Assembly: GCA_009914755.4 (NCBI GenBank)
Contig: CP068257.2
Location: 40,608,001-40,672,000 of the forward strand
Reading direction: 5' to 3'
From: the human T2T-CHM13v2.0 reference genome, Homo sapiens
DNA length: 64,000 nucleotides
Below, one piece after another: positions 26,171 through 40,350 of this stretch. The translations under genes were made by a program, and so were the position numbers. Under the pieces are notes generated by a model, which made no database searches, was not told the origin of the DNA, and saw only the letters and a program-made list of their open reading frames with translations. Position 1 is the first letter of the stretch. Each line of letters begins with the position of its first letter.

Positions 26171-27857
26171 CTATCTTTGGCTTTAAAAAAATGTTTTAAA
26201 TTGCTCTTTTCTTGCTAAAACATCACTGTAAGTGATAAAATTATTTGCAGAGGCTGGAACATGAGGTTAGCTGGGGGTGGAGAGGGCATCCTAGGAGTGG
26301 ACATGGGAGCTCACAGGGATTCAGGAGGGCATCCAGACCCTGAACTTCCTTCGTCCCCTCCCAGTGCAAGGTTCTGACAAGAGCCTGCCTGAGCCCTTCT
26401 CTCAGTATTTAGTAACACTCGATCCTAACAGAAGAAGGTCGGCCATTTCCACCGTCCTCTGTGCCAGCTCTCAGGACCAGATTAGAAACACAGTTAACAC
26501 AGCCATTGCCTTGCCAATAAATTGATAAAGCTAAAAGACTTCAAAAGCTTCTCTTCTGCACTGCATTTCCTAAAGTCTAATTTACAGTCTTGTCTTACTT
26601 TGCAATTCCCACTCTTTTTTTTGGTGAAGAAATTGAGCTTTTCCTCATCTAAAATCACGGCAGATTTTGAGTTGCAAGGATCACAATTAGTGAATTTTAA
26701 AAATTATACCTGGAACAGGCACATGGCAGTGGTCGTCTGAGAATGAGCTGGGAGGTGTGAAACCTTCTTGCCACTGACACTCAAGGACAGGGCTGTTTAC
26801 ATGACATCCATTTCCAAGCCACAGAAAGCTTGGGAACACCCACTTAGAGCTGAGAGTGACCTTCCCTATGGGAGAGGCACACTTACAAAGGGAACGACCG
26901 TAGGCAGGTGAAATCCCCACCTTGCTGTTGGAACCCGAGCTTCAGAGAGGGCTGTTGACTTGGCTGGAGCCATCCGTGGAAGGGGTGCATTGAAACCACA
27001 GGTGAGAACTCCATGTGGGAATCCACCACCCTCTGAGAACGACCCTCAGGAAGAGGACCTCCTTCCCCAGTCATGTCCCAGCTCTGCCCCCACGCGCTCC
27101 ACGAGCTCAGGCCTGCAGTGGGAGCTGAGCGTCTGGAGTGAGGAGTGGTGTTTGCCAGACCTTGTGTTCCCTGGGCTGCCTGGAGGGGCTCCTCCAGTGA
27201 ATCTAGACACCCCACACTTTGTACCAGGGAGTGGAAAGGGTGATATGAACTTCTGCATCCGAGGACTTCTGAAAAGCCACAGATGGAAGAACCAAAGAAA
27301 ACAGGATTTACTTAGAAGGTTGAGCCTCTCCACTGGCTCGCATATAGGTCTAACTTACAAGGAACCTGTTGGGTTGTGGTTTTTGTAGTTATAAAAATTA
27401 TTAAGGAACCAGAAAATTGCATTCTTCTCCAATTGGTTTTAGGCATTCAGTCCAGATACAAGGATTATGAAACTTAAAAAGCAGCATCTTAAGCCCGGCT
27501 TAACCCCAAACAACATCTTAACCCCAGTGAAGTGTTCTTGAAGGGTGGGTGCGGCCACACATCCTGCAATCCAGTGCAGACCAGATGGCCTCCCTGGCCA
27601 ACCACGGGGACAGGAAGAAGAAGGACAGAGGACACAGGAGAGACAGGACTGAGCTGGGTTCCCATGTGGTGTGAGGGAGGCAGGGAATGGCCCAGAAGGC
27701 TGGATCTGCAAACAGGAGTCGCATCAGAGACAGAGAAGAGAGCACAGCTCAAGGCTGAGATAAGACCAGGAGAACTGGGGCTGTATTTCCTTATCTATTC
27801 CTGAGATCCATGCTTTCTGAAAATCATCTGCACATCTAAGCATCTTGGCACAACTCC

Positions 27858-27965
27858 GATGAGGAGGGGATGGGGCACCAGGCAGCAGACTCTGATGAGG
27901 AGGGGAGGGGGCACCAGGCAGCAGACTCTGATGAGGAGGAGACAGGGCACCAGGCAGCAGAAAGT
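27858..27965. repeat. Tandem repeat, 3 copies of a 36-bp unit
   Basis: gatgaggaggggatggggcaccaggcagcagactct / gatgaggaggggagggggcaccaggcagcagactct / gatgaggaggagacagggcaccaggcagcagaaagt. Confidence 0.9.
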
Positions 27966-30178
27966 GCTGACTCAGCAGCACAAGACCACATGGCCGGCTT
28001 CCCTTCTTCCTCGGAATGGCCTGGAATTCGATCAAGAACAGCAGCCCCAGGAGCATCCTAGAGAGGTGGGGGCAGGCGGGGGACATGGTGAGGGAGGGAG
28101 TGGCAACTCTGGGCAGGTGGCAAGAGCCAGCTGATGAGTACAGGGAGGGAGTTCCCTTCTCCACCCATCCACACTGACATCTGGGGAACTCATTTAAGCT
28201 ACAGATGCCAGCTTTTGGATTTGCAGAACGGTGCAGTGACTGAATTCGCCATCCAAACACTTAGAAGAATAAATGCACCAGTTTCTACAGAGGCTGTAGA
28301 TATAAAGCCATTTCTCAAGAGGAATGATAGTTGTCACTGGATATAGGATAGCTTTGAAAAGGAAAGATTATGGAGATATTTGTCACCTCTTTAAGATACT
28401 GGCAAAACAATAAAGCTGTTCTAATAATTTACCTGTTAATAAATATTTTCATAAAATAATCTCAGTCCATGTGCAAAAATAATAAACAATGCTGCTTTGC
28501 TCTGATGGCTAAAAGAAAGAGATTCTCAGTTCCAGCTTTTCCTCACTGACGTAAAGGGATGGGATATCATTTCATGAGCTTTTAAGTTTCTTCATCATTT
28601 TTCCTTTCAGAAAGTAACAAATGTAATTTCAAGATACAATGGCGTATGTGTATATATATGAATATGTATGTATTGATGCTTCTATACATAAAGACACATG
28701 TATGATTATATTTTAATGAGAGCACTTTTTTTAAGTCAGGAAAAGACCTTAAAGATTCATATAGTCCACGCTCCACATTTCATAGATTAGAAACCCAAGG
28801 CGCAGGCTGAGATTTTTAGTTTAAAATAAACCAGTTTTTGAGATGAAATTCTGGTACTGCCACATCTAAATTTGAATCTTATATGCCTGTATTTATTTGT
28901 TCTGAGCAAGAAGGTTTGATTCCATCATTAATTAAAAAGTCTCAGGCAACCAGACTGGGATAAGTTTTTAAAAGAAAAAAAAATCCTACAATTAAAATGA
29001 AGCCACAAGACTTAGAATTTGACCGTGATTTTAAAACTATTCTAAAGAAACTTTGTTTTACTTCAAGTTAGACGTGACTGTCTAAGGTAAGGTATATGAA
29101 CTATTATAAACTTCCCAGAAACAATTTCTAGCTGGTCCTCTTTCTGTTTCTTGGTGAGTTTGTGTCTTTCTCTGAGTAATTTTCAGGATAAAAATATTTG
29201 AAATTCTTTTTTCTATTTTCATTATGGGGAAAAAGCATCTTGTCTTCATTCAACAAACTTTTATTATCTGTTATAAGCAAAGTATTTTTGCTCAGTCTTG
29301 GGGAGGAAAAAGTAAAGATAGCATGTCCCTCAATGAGTTTATAATTGATAGGGACACAAGGAGCTCTCACTATCAGGCAGGGGTTATCTAAGACAGTGAA
29401 TAATGCCCAGAGAAGGGTTATAGGAATTGGAGGAGGATGAGAATCTCTGGAGAAATCACAGCCTTTGGAAAAGGCCACAAAGAGGGGCAGAACCCGGGGG
29501 CACCCGGTGGAGAACTGAGCAGGTGTGGTGTTTAGAATTTAGGTAACGGGAGAGTATGGTGATGGGCAGTCTTGGAAATGGACTTTCTGGGAAGCATTTG
29601 GGTGGAGATCTTGGACTAGACTGGTGACTATGGTGTAGTGGGTTGATGGTGACCCTCCAAAATGGTACATACATGTCCCAACTCTCAGAACCTGTAAATG
29701 TGACCTTATTCAGAAAAAGGTCAATTTGCAGACAGATGTGATTAAGTTAAGGATGTCCAGATGGGGCCACCCCGGATTAGGATGGATTCAAAATCCAAGG
29801 ACATGATCTTACAAGAGAAGAAGAGAAGAAAAAGTCACAGAGATGCAGGGGAGAAGAGACAGAGACATGTGGAGGAGACAGCCCCATGAAGATGGAGGCA
29901 GCCGTTGGAGTAACACAGCCACAGCCCACAGACGCCTGGGGCCAGCAAGAGCCTGGAGACGCAAGGAAGGACCCTCCCCTGGAGCCTCCGGAGGGAGTGT
30001 GGCATCGCGGACATCTCGATTTTGAACTTCTGCCCTCAGAACGGTGAGACGGCACATTTTGTGGCATTTTCTTGGGGCAGCCTGAGGTCACTAATATTAT
30101 ACAAAAGAAAAGGAAGCAAAGATGGTCATGAGAGAGCAACGTTTTGAAAAAGAAAAGTGGTAGGAAGCATAGAGAGGA

Positions 30179-30436
30179 GGATAAAGAAGATTAGGTTTCT
30201 TTCTGCTTATTTGTTAAACCTGTTCAAGCTGCAGTAAGATTGTCATGATCTCCGTCGTCATCTGATTTATCCCCCAGCCAGTTTCTCTGTAAAATCTGGA
30301 AAGATAGTAGTTGCTGAGGGGCCTCATTAGAGGATTGGTGTGAGAGTGGAGATGTGTCTGTTGCAGGACTCCTGGGACCTGTCCAGACAGCAGTGGTGGA
30401 GGGAAGCGAAGTGAAGTGCAGTTCTGTCTAAACTAG
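30179..30436 (+). repeat. Copy B of the roughly 257-bp duplicated segment. Partner at 25570-25826
   Basis: ggataaagaagattaggtttctttctgcttatttgttaaacctgttcaagctgcagtaagattgtcatgatctccgtcgtc...gtgcagttctgtctaaactag. Confidence 0.85.
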
Positions 30437-30584
30437 AGAACCCTGGAGCAAGGAAGACTGTGAGGCACCACCCGTGGGGGGTGCAGGGCAGCTGCCACAG
30501 ACGTTGTTTGGCTTCATGAAGCTGAGTTGAAGATACGCACCCTCTGTGGCCCAGCATTTTCACTTCGACCTGAATACAGCGCTC

Positions 30585-31290
<706 letters not shown>

Positions 31291-31776
31291 GGGGTGTGTT
31301 GCTGAGATTACCGCCTGGCTGGCTCGTGGGCACATTTATTTTTCATTGATTTATTCATTTATTTTTCTTCCTCACATCTCACAAGCAAGTGATCTGCACA
31401 GAAAGTAAGTGTCATATTGTGTGTGGACTCCGGAGCCAGACCACTCAGTTTAAGTTCTGTTTCTGGTCGGTTTCACTTCTGCTTACTAGCTATGGTTCTT
31501 GGGGAAGGTTATTTTAGGTCTCTGGTGCCTCAGTTTTCTCATCTGGGTGTATTGAAATATGGACCTTGCAGGGTTCTGGTGAGAATTAAATGAGTTCTGT
31601 GTTGAGAATTAAGTGAGTTAATGTATGCGAAAGCTTAGAATCGTGCCCTGCGGCATAGTAGATCTATATAAGCATCAGCTATTGCCATCATCAGCATCAT
31701 CATTTTGTAAATGTAAGGCAGTTTGAAATCAAAAAAGTAAAAAGACGGTATGGAGCTGTAAAGAAGTGAGAGGGAG

Positions 31777-32176
<400 letters not shown>

Positions 32177-35100
32177 TTAAAGGATTCTAAGTCTAAACCA
32201 CTGAGGACTCTTGGGGACAGGAGGAGAGATGAAGACTGGAGGAGGAACTGAGGGTTTCTAGCTGCGCGTGTTGACCTTCTCCTGGGGTGGCACATCCCAT
32301 TGAAGCCATGTTCCCAGGGGACAAGCAGAGTGGACCCAGCTCTTTGGGGACTTTGGTGCTTCCAGTCTTATTTTGAAGGCATTATAGAGGGGGTGGAAGC
32401 CAGATCCAAACCCAGTTCACTTCCCATTCCCTGCCCCATGCCTCAGTGGTCTTTGGTTTCCCGTGGGTGCTCTGGGCATCCTGCATGGAGGGGGACTCCA
32501 GGCTCCCAGAGATAGGCAGCCGCATGCAGTGGTGCCCAAACGTGGAGGAGCACAGTCCAGCTAGCCTGTTGGAAGAGAGCCCTGAAAACAGGGCTGGGAC
32601 CTCCCAGGGAATGAGTCAGGGGCCACCCATGAGCCTCCCTGCAGGCCTCCTCTGGTGGCCGCTCATGGTCATTGAGATTTTAGTTCTTTGGGTCACACAC
32701 ACAGTGAGCGCCAGTGGACAGAACTTGCCTGTGTGAGGTCAGGGTCTCTCCCGCGGTACCCTCCATGTGGGCCATTCCTGAGTCTCATTTTCACTGATGG
32801 GAACATAACACAAACGTGCTTTGTCTCTCTTGCACTTACCCCTTTCCTCCCTGGCATGCTGTGCTGCTGGCATGGAGGCAGGGTCAGGAGCCCAACAAGG
32901 GGTGTGTGCGGGGTATAGGAAGGTGGCCCCCAGACCCCGCAGGGATCGGCTTGGGAGAGACCCACCAGACACATGAAGGGAAGCAACAGCAGCACTAAGT
33001 GGTATTGCTGGCAGGAACGGCAGGGATCACAACACAAAGGCAACAACAGAAACGAACACAGGGACAGCTCAGCGCCCAGCAGACATGAACTTGCCTGACC
33101 ATACCCTGTGAGGAGCTAGGGCTGTCACTATCTCCTCTGGAATACAGAGGCCCACGGTCGGTCGGTGACCTACCCAGGAGGGAAGTGGGATTCAGACCTG
33201 ACTAGTTTGCCTCCAGGCCCTACTGTTTTGACTCTCCTGATGGTAAAATGATGAGTCTGCAAATTGAACAAGTGCTTGGAGGAAGGAGGTTTGCTTTAGG
33301 TTTGGGCAGGAAAGGGAGGACCTGTATTCATGGAGGCCCAACCGGGTGGCAAATGCTTCACAGTCCTGATCTCATTTTGTCTCCCCAGCAGCACCAGGTG
33401 GAAGGAGGTACGTGTTGTTACCTCAGTTTACAAATGAGATAACAGAGGCTCAGCGAGATACACTAAGTTGTCTTAAGTCTGAAGATGAATAAGGACTCGA
33501 TGTAGGATTAGAGCTGTGGCCAGCCACCGTGTGAAGTTTACTTGCTTCTTGGGGCCACAAAACTGGCTCGATGAGGGGGCAGGACAAGGTTGGGATGAGG
33601 ATAGGGTGGTCCTTTTCAATGGGATGAATGGCAGCGGCCAACGCATGTTTGGGAGACCCTGACCAGACCAGCCTGGTGTGGGGGAAGTGGAGGCGAGGCG
33701 GGGGGAATGGGAAACGTGTCTGGAAGGGCCCAATTGTGGAAAGAAGGCCTTGAACCCCAGGCCTAGGCACAGTCGGTCCTAGAGGGAGACAGTGGGGGCC
33801 CACCCAGAGAGAGCTGGGAGACTCAGAATCCCACTGGAGCCCCTACTCTTCCCAGGCAGGCCACGCCAGCACTGGCCTTGGGCATGGGAGGGCCTCCCAA
33901 GTCATGTGCAGGCCCAAAGTCCTTGCTTTACTTTACAAGACAAGCACAGAGCCGAGGCCCAAGGCTTGCATGTGGCATCATCTCCGTGTCCGTCGAATCT
34001 GAAAGGACCAGGGAAGCTCAGGAAGCTGAGTTCAGAGGCATCCCTCTGCTTGGCAGCCACCCTGACCATGCCATTGGGTTGCTGGAAACCCCAGCTGTGG
34101 AAACGGAACCGCTGATTCTGAAGCTCTCCCCGCAATGCTTCTTGGATGTGGCCATGCACGGGGGCAAGGGTTTGATGAGAGCATCTGTGCCATTGCCCGG
34201 ACAAGAAGGAGCTGTTGGCTGTCATTCTTTCCAGAAATCTCAGCAATGTAAATGTTCAGGGAGAGCAATAAGACCTCGTGGTTGCCAGCCAACTCCTGCT
34301 TCTGGAAGCTTTCCAAATCTCCCTGTGCCTACCATTGTGCCTGTGCTGGATTTCTGCTTGTTTTTCCTTTTTCTTTCAGAGTTTGAATTTGGGTTTGGGA
34401 GGATAGTAATTTGATATATTAGAGCAGCGATAATCGCTGTCATTAAGCAGAACCCAGCTCCTTAATGTCTGTGTGTGGACGGGCCAAGTGCGAGCCAGTG
34501 TGTGGGGCTGGGATGCCTGAGAGCACAGAGAAACACAAAGCCAGGGCCGCCGGGCAGCTGGGGCAGGTTAGGGACACTTCTTTCGTTGTCCTGTTTGAGA
34601 CTCAGCCATGGCTGCTTTGGATGGTCTCTGGTTGGTGTTGGACTATGATTTTTCTTTAGCGGGGGTGACTCTGATGTCATTCAGCTTGGAGATGTGTCCC
34701 AAATAAACCTTTAATCACAGAAAAGGTGCTTGGAAGGACAAGGGGCACCTTCCTGGCCCGGTGACTGCAGCTTGGGGATCACCCTCCCATTGCCTGGCTT
34801 TCCCTCCTACTTTCCGAGCAACCACCTCTTGGGTTTGGCGTTTTAAGGTTTCCCCACTTGGATTTTAACCCCCATTGGCAGCAGGTTTAGGAAAGCCATC
34901 AGAGGGAAGCCCTCCTCCCTGACATCATCCCCGCCCAGGTGGTGTTGGGGCGAGTGAGGTTCTGGTGCTGGGGAAGCTGCTGCTTGAGGATAGCAGTGGG
35001 AAGAAGTTTCATGGCAGCAGCTGCCACCTATGTGTTCTGCAGAGCACCTGGCAGGAGAGACTCGCCTTCCCAGTCTCGGCACGCCTGGATGCCGCATTAG

Positions 35101-37299
35101 CACACAGGGAGGGTCATGGTCAGAGCTTCAGGATGCAGTGGGCGAGGTGTCTAAGATCCAGATGCTAGCCTTGGAGGAGCTGGTGGGACAAAGGCTGTTC
35201 CCAGGGATTGCACCTGCCTGGCCCTGCATCCAGGGAGGATCCTTTCAGCTGGAGATGCCGGAAGTTGGCAGAGCTGGGGTAAAGGGCAGAAACATAAAGA
35301 CCAGGTCAGCAGCAGCTCCAACTAAGGCAGATGCCCAGAGCAGATCAGAGAAGCAGACCAGAGATGAGCCGGCACCGCTGTGGGGGAAGGATCATCCCAG
35401 CCATCATGTGGTTTGGGGGAAAGCTGGGACCCCACTTGGTACAATTTAGGAAGGTACAGAAGAATGTGCATTCCATCATGTGGGTTCTGCTTCTCCCCTG
35501 AAGCCTCTGTCAAGAGCTGCTTTGGGTCTTGGTATGGAGAAATGCCTTCATTTGGCCAGACCCATCTGGCAGAGGCAGTCACGATGCCATTGGACCCCCA
35601 GGCAAGCAGCCCCTCCTAGAGAGCGAGGGTCTTGGAAGGCCTGGTATGACCCCCATGCCACTCTGTTTCCTAGGGAACCCTAAAGGGAAACCGCACGTGA
35701 GGGACTCCACTGAGATAACCCTGACGTCACCGTGCCACTGTGCCCCTTGTCTGCAGGGTAACTTGGCTTTGAAGGAGCATCAGGGGACCCTCTGTAGGAC
35801 TGGGGGTGAGATCGATGGACCTGCCAGCTGTTATTGTTGGGATTATAGGGAAGTGAGGAGGTCGTGTGTGCCTCCTTGGGGTCTGAGTGCCTCCTTGGGG
35901 TGCCTAAGGGAGACTGAACATCATTTTGGTGATATTTATTGATGTAACTACTCCCTTTGCACGATATTTATTGATGTGACTATTCCCCATCACTTGTGGG
36001 ATGCTGAGCTGTGCATAGCACAGTTCAAAATATCTGATCTAAGCAGGCAGGAAGGAGACAGCTGCTGCTGCTGCTTAGAGTTAGGCGCAGGGATGAAACC
36101 CATGAGATGAGGAGGCTGGTGGAGGAAAGGGACTGGGGGCAGTGGAGGGATGGAGAAATGGACAGAAGTATGGATGGGGAATGCTGAATGTGAGGGAGAC
36201 CCCAGAACCGGATGACACAAGAAAACAATCCTTGGCTGTGGCCGGGTGACCATGTTAAGGCCATTAAAGTCATGCTTGGAGAAACCACATAGATGCTTGC
36301 AGCTTTGCCTGTCATCCAGTGGACTTCAGAGCACAGCATCCGTTCGAAATCCAGCGGCAGATTTTCATAGTCTGACAAATTAAATCAGCTGTTCTCCTGG
36401 CGCCAGAGTGGGCTTCCTGCCCCACACTCACTGAGGGGTGGTAGGGAGGGGTGGCCTGTCCTTTGCACACTAGTGGGCAAATGATACTGTCTTCATTTTA
36501 TGAGCAGTTCTTGCCCCCTGTGACTTAGAATCCCTCACGTGTGTTTTGAGATCCATTTTGATGTTATTAAGCCCAACTTCCCAGACCTTCTTCCTGTTCT
36601 TCTTGTTGGCACAAAAGCCCCCTTCCTGTTTCAGAAGGTGCAAAAAGCAAGAGGATTGATCAGCGCGTGGCTTTGCCACATGATCACGAAAATGGAGGCG
36701 GTCGATGAGAAGGCCCTTAGGCATTAGGGGGAAGAAACAAGTAGAGTAAAAAGGAAATGTCACTGGATGTCATAGAATATGGATTTCTGTCCTTTCTGCC
36801 TTGAGCTTTCTCTTGGGGAGGGAGGAAGAGGGGTCTGGGAGAACAAGACAGCCCGTTCTGAGCAGAAGCCCCTTTCAGCTCTGGGCTGAGATGAATGGGG
36901 AGCGAGGGGGAGGGGAGGGAGTGTAGCGCAGCTGGGCTCATCCCATCAATGTTGGCATCCAAAGAAAAATCACGGCTTTGGGTGGGGAAACTGGGTCCTG
37001 CTGTGTAGTTTTCAGATTGAAGTTGATGTGAGACTTGGAGATCATTTGGCAACCTTATTGGTGCTATTGGCATAATTTAAATAATGGGAAGGATTTTATT
37101 CTTAATTGTTCCAGCCAGGTTTAGAAGCCTGGAAAAAGACCAGTTCTGCTTTTAGAAGTATAAAAATACCGCAGGGATGGAAAATGCTTCATGCCTGACA
37201 GGCAGATGTAAATGATTTCCAGTTATATTTCAGTACCTGCGCAGGGGCAGGGCCCCGTTGCTAGTGATCTGATGAACTAGTCAGCCAGTGGGGCGCGGT

Positions 37300-37600
37300 G
37301 TGCAGGGGGCGTGTGTGTGCACACAGGATGTATGTACATGGTGTGTCTGTGCCTACATATGATAGTGTGTACATGGTGTGTCTGTGCACGCATGATTGTG
37401 TGTACATGGTGTGTGTGCACATGATGCACATGTGTGTATATGGGTAGACGTGTATGTGATGTGTGTCTGAGTGCATGGTGTGAGTGCACACATGTCCATG
37501 TGTGGGTGTGTGTGCATGCGCGTGTGCCTGTGTGCACATGGTGTGTGCATGGCATGGGTGTGTATCATGGCCTGTGTGTGCACACTGTGTGTACAGGGCA
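37300..37600. repeat. Complex imperfect TG-rich minisatellite/low-complexity tract. Alternating purine-pyrimidine, Z-DNA prone
   Basis: Repeated motifs tgtgtacatggtgtgtctgtgc, gtgtgtgcacatg and tgtgcatg over about 300 bp. Confidence 0.85.
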
Positions 37601-39891
37601 GACGCACTCACTGAGGGCCCCTTCAGTTGTAATAGGCAGGAGGAGCGCACGAGGAGGCTGAAACGCCAGTTAGAATTTCAGCTGTGAGCTCTTCTCTTCC
37701 CCACTTAGGGCTGGGATGTTTTCACAGAAATCACAGAGCAGCTCTCAGAGCCCAAACTCATTGTTTCTCCTGGTTTTGTTTGTGTTGACTTTCCCTTTAA
37801 TCCATGCTCAAGCCCCTCACCTGTTTAGAGGGGATGTGGCCCGACTTTCAATGAAAATCTCTCCAGTTCTCCTGCCGTGGCCTCTCGGGCTCCTGGGGAA
37901 CAGCACCCTGAGCCTTCTCCTTCTTAACTGGTGAGTTCTGCAGAGAATGGGGCTATGGTTGATAGTGTAGTCTTTGGGAACTTTTGTTATTGGACAAATG
38001 TCCACTTTGTTTTCTAGGACATCTCTTTGTGTCCCCCAGAGTGAACCAGCTGGAGCCAGGGAGCCCCTAGAGCAGTAGCAGCCATTAGGGGGAGCCACTG
38101 GGAGTCAGGTGCCTTGACTTGGATCCAGGTGTGCACCCTTTCTTTCCAAGGGTCTCTGGGTGAGGCCCGTGACCTTCCCAAGCCTCTCCCTGTCTTGTGA
38201 AACCTGGGCGTGATATACCTCCCTTTTAGGGCTGCTGCGATCATTTAGGCAGATTAAACCTCATAAGTGGTTTCCCATACAAGAAAGATGCTAGCAGTGC
38301 AACAGACAGAACACTTACCTGCCTGCCCTCCCGCCAGGAGGTGGTCTTCCAACTTTTGCCCGGAGTCTACAGAGGGTGGGCCCTCTCTGCTGGGGCTCCG
38401 GGACATGGTCAGGAGAGGTTGGTCTGTCTGTACCGCCATTCTCTTGGCCAGACTGTGGTGTCTGGTCCCTACTCACACCTTCCTGTCAGAGTATCCAGAG
38501 GCCGCAGAGTATCCACACCCTGGCTGGGTGTACTGGCTACAGATGGCTGTGGCTCCAGGTCACCTGCGTGCCTGGGTGATGAGAAATAATGTCACAACAA
38601 ATATCCCATCTGCATTCTCTGGGACACTGACCCATGAAGAGAAAGCAGTTCTCACAGTTTTTACAGGCACAGGTCAGCTCTCAGAGTGCTGGGGACAGGG
38701 TTCCCACCAGGCAGCCCTTTCTGCTCCTCCCAGAGACTGATGGCTTCTCTGCATTCAGAGGGATCTGGGAGCATTGCAGGAATAGGCTCTGGCTCTTCAG
38801 AAATGATCACGAGCTTAAGGAACTGGGTCTGCAATGTGAAGCCTTAGGTCCACTCTCCTTGGTGGGAGCTCATGCCCTCCCCAGGCTCCAGGACCCAGTC
38901 AGGATTCTTAATTCACGTGGCTATGTCAGCGCAGCTGTCACTCCCGGAAATGAAGAGAGACCCCTCTTGCCGTCCTTCTCACATTGCTTGCACTTTCCAG
39001 CATGCATTTTGTTGTGATGTTTTGTCTGTAATTGCAACTCCAGCAGCAGCCAGTGTTTATTAACCATTTTCTATATGCCGGGCTCAATGTGAGGCATTTC
39101 GAACACATTCTCTTGTTTGGTCTTCACAGACACCCTTAAGGTTAAGTACTCATTTCATGCCCATTACCAGATGAAGAAAACAAATTTTAAAAACTCAAGG
39201 AACTTGCCCAAGGTCACACGGCTAATTAGAGGCCGAATCTAGAGCCGATTTGGAAATTTCAGGGCCCACTGGAATCTCCTGGGTCATGCCCCAGGCCAAT
39301 TCCTTCAGAAGCGTTTCTCAAACTCCCCAGGAGATTCCAGTCAATCAATTTGCAGGCAGCTTTTTGGGAACCCAGCTGGGCTGGAGTCTATGTAGAATAT
39401 CCATGGCACCCGCAGCCTCTGCAGCATCTGGCCTGAGTTATTCTTCCATTGCCCGGTGCTATCATACAGATACAGGACTGGTGACTACAAACAGTGTTAG
39501 CAGGACGTACTTGGAGCTCATTTGGCAGTGGGAGTGGACGTGCTGGGGGCCATCCCCCTTCCACCTGAAGCGTTCTTGTCCTAAAGCATGTTGCTGAGAC
39601 AGCTGTGTAGGGCGTGGCGGTGACCCTGGGGAAGGACCGTACTGAGAGCTCCAGACTCCAGCCAGCCTCCTCACTTTGGCCACATTCCAACAATGCTTAC
39701 TGCCTTCCACAGTGGATGAAATATTCCAGAAATCAGAATGTGTTGAAATGTGTGGCAAAGAAGAATGTCATACTTGAATATGTGCTTACACTGGCCACTG
39801 AACTGCATACACAGTCCCAAGAGGTCTCCCTGCACCGCGAGGCCCATGCTAGAAAAGGCGTTCTTCAGGAACAGACTGAGGCTTCATGAAG

Positions 39892-40350
39892 ATCCTTCCC
39901 TCCATCCATCACTCCATTAATCCTCCCCTCCATTCATCCCTCCACTCATCCCTTCATTTACTCCATCCATCCTTCCTCCCATTTTCCCATCCACTCCATC
40001 AGCCTCTCCATCCATCCCTCCACTCATCCCTTCATTTACTCCATCCATCCTTCCTCCCATTTCCCCACCCACTCCATAAGCCTCTCCAACCATCCCTCCA
40101 TCTGTTCCTCCATTAATTCTTCCCTCCACCCATCCCTCCCTTTATCTCTCCATCTATTTCTCTCTCCATCCCTCCCTTCATGTCTTCCTCTATCCCTCCT
40201 CCATCCCTCCCTCTATTCCTCCCTCCATCCCTCTTTCCATCTCTCCCTCCATCCTTCCCTCCATCCCACCTTCCATATCCCCCCCATCCCTCCCTCCATG
40301 TCTTCCTCCATCCCTTCCTCCATCCCTCAATGCATCCCTCTCTCCATCCA
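39892..40350. repeat. Long polypyrimidine (C/T-rich, TCCATCCCTCC-type) low-complexity tract of about 460 bp, with an internal roughly 70-bp duplication. A satellite block lies at 40471-40543
   Basis: atccttccctccatccatcactccattaatcctcccctccattcatccctccactcatcccttcatttactccatccatccttcctcccatttt... The + strand is almost entirely C/T, and the segment 39940-40000 is repeated at 40020-40080. Confidence 0.9.

Noticed and set aside
35718-35725. Perfect palindromic CRE, TGACGTCA
   Set aside because: A single 8-mer that can occur by chance in 64 kb. There is no supporting context (no CpG island or cluster). It is noted only for intersection with CREB/ATF ChIP.
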